Origin: Candidatus Thorarchaeota archaeon
Lineage (GTDB): Archaea; Asgardarchaeota; Thorarchaeia; Thorarchaeales; Thorarchaeaceae
Length of the DNA stretch: 18,433 nucleotides
Direction: 5' to 3'
Assembly (NCBI GenBank): GCA_048882385.1
Contig: JBHLRQ010000063.1
Location: 1-18,433 of the forward strand
A program made the position numbers and the translations under genes. Under the pieces are notes generated by a model. It did no database searches. It saw nothing but the letters and a program-made list of their open reading frames with translations, and was not told the DNA's origin. Positions 16,705 to 18,433 of this stretch are shown here, one piece after another; the first letter of the stretch is position 1; each line of letters opens with the position of its first letter.

Positions 16705-17721
16705 TTATGATGTATCAACTCTTTCTACATTGAGCTTTTCTAGTATCGCCGCTAGCTTTTCGTTCTCTCCTCGAGTATGAAGCCATTCGATTATGATAAT
16801 TGCAACTCCGTTTTCTATAACCTGTCTTACATCTTTGACACCAGGTACTTCCCTCTGGTATTCTATTGGATATTTCACATAGTATCCAGTCCTGTCTTCA
16901 TCAACGAATTTTCTGAAATATCGCTCCTCAGAGAACCACCACCAGAGAGTCTCTGGGTGATTATTTGATTTATAGAGCCTACAAAGCACACGATTCACAG
17001 ATCCTAGTTCTTCAGACCAAGATTCTATGTAACCTTCCTTTTCTAGACCAGAAACTCTGCCTACAACTCTCGGAGCTGCATACACACTATATCTTCCTAG
17101 TTCAGCTTTGTCAAGAACCACGCGAACATGTGATAAACCTGGTACAGTTTCTTGAAGTTTGGCTAATCTTATCGTTTCTCGCATTAGTAGAATATTGAAA
17201 TCATCAGAAGCAGCATTCGATGTAGCTCTAAGTGCTCCAATCGATGCAATTGAGTATGAAAGAGACATGGATAAGGCATACATCCATGTATCTAAGGGAG
17301 TAAGTGTTGGAGTTTCAGTTAACAGATAGACAGGTAGTGCAGAAATGAATAGAAGCAATGCTATGGGGATGAAGAAGATCCAGTAATTACTGTTTGCAAC
17401 CAGTTTCCAATATTTCTGCTTATGCTGTTTTTCTAGCCGCTTGGCATCTTCAATGGATAGTTGCACAGGTTCATATTTCCAATTCGGATCAGTGTATTCA
17501 ATGGCATTCTTCTTGCCATGCCATCCAACTGCAAACCCACACGATGTTATCAGAATAGGGATGCCGATGAAGACTCCTAGGATGATTAGCCAATCCCATG
17601 TCGTGATTGGAAATACATAGTCTGCAAGAAAATATCCGAGCGCAAGACTACCGAGAATACCGAGGATTATTTCTATGTATGTTTTTGACATCGACCTATA
17701 AGTGATGATTTTCTCGTTCAT
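16705..17721 (-). CDS. 4-TM membrane protein with C-terminal soluble domain (paralogue A)
   Basis: Same architecture and loop motif. TATA-like CCTTAAAG on the minus strand near 17763-17770. Confidence 0.78.
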   Translation of the reverse strand: MNEKIITYRSMSKTYIEIILGILGSLALGYFLADYVFPITTWDWLIILGVFIGIPILITSCGFAVGWHGKKNAIEYTDPNWKYEPVQLSIEDAKRLEKQHKQKYWKLVANSNYWIFFIPIALLLFISALPVYLLTETPTLTPLDTWMYALSMSLSYSIASIGALRATSNAASDDFNILLMRETIRLAKLQETVPGLSHVRVVLDKAELGRYSVYAAPRVVGRVSGLEKEGYIESWSEELGSVNRVLCRLYKSNNHPETLWWWFSEERYFRKFVDEDRTGYYVKYPIEYQREVPGVKDVRQVIENGVAIIIIEWLHTRGENEKLAAILEKLNVERVDTS

Positions 17722-17865
17722 CTCTACTCGCCTGAAACTATCTGCTAAGCCATCTCTCCACTCTTTAAGGATTGCTAATGTTTGGAGACTTATGCAAATC
17801 TTTATTACTCAAAATGAGGTTGAATAATTAAATATTGTTAATTTTATCAAGGAGATGAAATCAAA

Positions 17866-18348
17866 TTGCTAAAGATAGGTGATAAAGCACCAAATTTCAC
17901 AACAACAACAGAGAGTGGTGAAAAGTTTAAACTTAGTAGTCTTAAGGGGAATAAGGTCTTCCTCTATTTCTATCCAAAAGATAACACACCTGGATGTAAA
18001 GCGGAAGCCTGTTCAATCCGGGACAATTATGAGGTTTTCGAAAAATCGAACATCCCAGTATTTGGGGTTTCGGGGGGAACAGAGAAATCTCATAAGAGTT
18101 TCAAAGAGAAGAACAATCTACCATTTCCTCTTCTCATGGATGAGGATTTCGAGATTGCCAAACTCTACGATGTCTATCAAAAGAAGAGCATGTACGGGAA
18201 AGAGTACATGGGTATTGAGCGAACAACCTTCCTCATTGATGAAAAAGGCAAGATAGAGGGAATATTCGGTGGCTCAGAGGGAATCGATAAGGTCAAGACC
18301 AAGGAACATGCGGACCAAGTCATCAAGTTCTGGGGTCTCAAACTGTAG
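17866..18348 (+). CDS. bcp: Peroxiredoxin, Bcp/PrxQ family (CxxxxC type)
   Basis: GDKAPNF, LYFYPKDNTPGCKAEAC and ERTTFLID..GKI. SD AAGGAG before the TTG start. Confidence 0.95.
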   Translation: MLKIGDKAPNFTTTTESGEKFKLSSLKGNKVFLYFYPKDNTPGCKAEACSIRDNYEVFEKSNIPVFGVSGGTEKSHKSFKEKNNLPFPLLMDEDFEIAKLYDVYQKKSMYGKEYMGIERTTFLIDEKGKIEGIFGGSEGIDKVKTKEHADQVIKFWGLKL

Positions 18349-18359
18349 AGGAAATTGCA

Positions 18360-18433
18360 GTGTTAAAGGTAGGCGACGAAGCTCCAGATTTCGAAACCGT
18401 AGACGACACAGGTGAACGATTCAAGCTGAGTGA
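18360..18433 (+). CDS. bcp: Second Bcp/PrxQ-like peroxiredoxin, 5' fragment running off the window (not in the ORF track)
   Basis: GTG start after GAGGA. It translates MLKVGDEAPDFETVDDTGERFKLS, collinear with MLKIGDKAPNFTTTTESGEKFKLS of the upstream gene. Confidence 0.85.
   Translation, partial: MLKVGDEAPDFETVDDTGERFKLS

Noticed and set aside
180-18256. Remaining short ORFs in the track nested in or antisense to the long genes
   Set aside because: Shadow ORFs of well-supported CDSs, with no motifs or translation signals.
1-18433. CRISPR arrays, tRNAs, IS elements, integrases, long direct repeats
   Set aside because: None seen on reading the intergenic regions or the translations.

Overview
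Archaeal chromosomal segment, judged from BRE/TATA promoters, an RFC small subunit, RIO kinases and a DUF2240-like gene. The gene content resembles Asgard archaea (Thorarchaeota-like), but that is inference only. About 20 CDSs were found, and no tRNA, rRNA, CRISPR array or transposase was recognised. In order: a PqqD/RRE-radical SAM-SPASM enzyme coupled to a DSD1/D-threonine-aldolase-family PLP enzyme; an ARPP-1/DUF6569-like protein; a membrane-anchored tandem winged-helix + Zn-ribbon protein; an AbrB-like/ACT protein followed by a dense hairpin cluster; two tandem RIO kinases behind a ~400-nt structured leader full of uORFs; a bacterial/eukaryotic-type XPB helicase; an APH-like kinase; DUF2240; an RFC small subunit with an insertion; a protein whose C-terminal third resembles TFIIH p52/Tfb2; five membrane proteins, three of them divergent tandem paralogues; and two tandem Bcp peroxiredoxins. 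The best leads are (1) an XPB + p52-like pair, a possible minimal TFIIH-like module, (2) the attenuator-like RIO leader, and (3) the three-paralogue membrane cluster. All family assignments were made by eye from motifs, without database searches.
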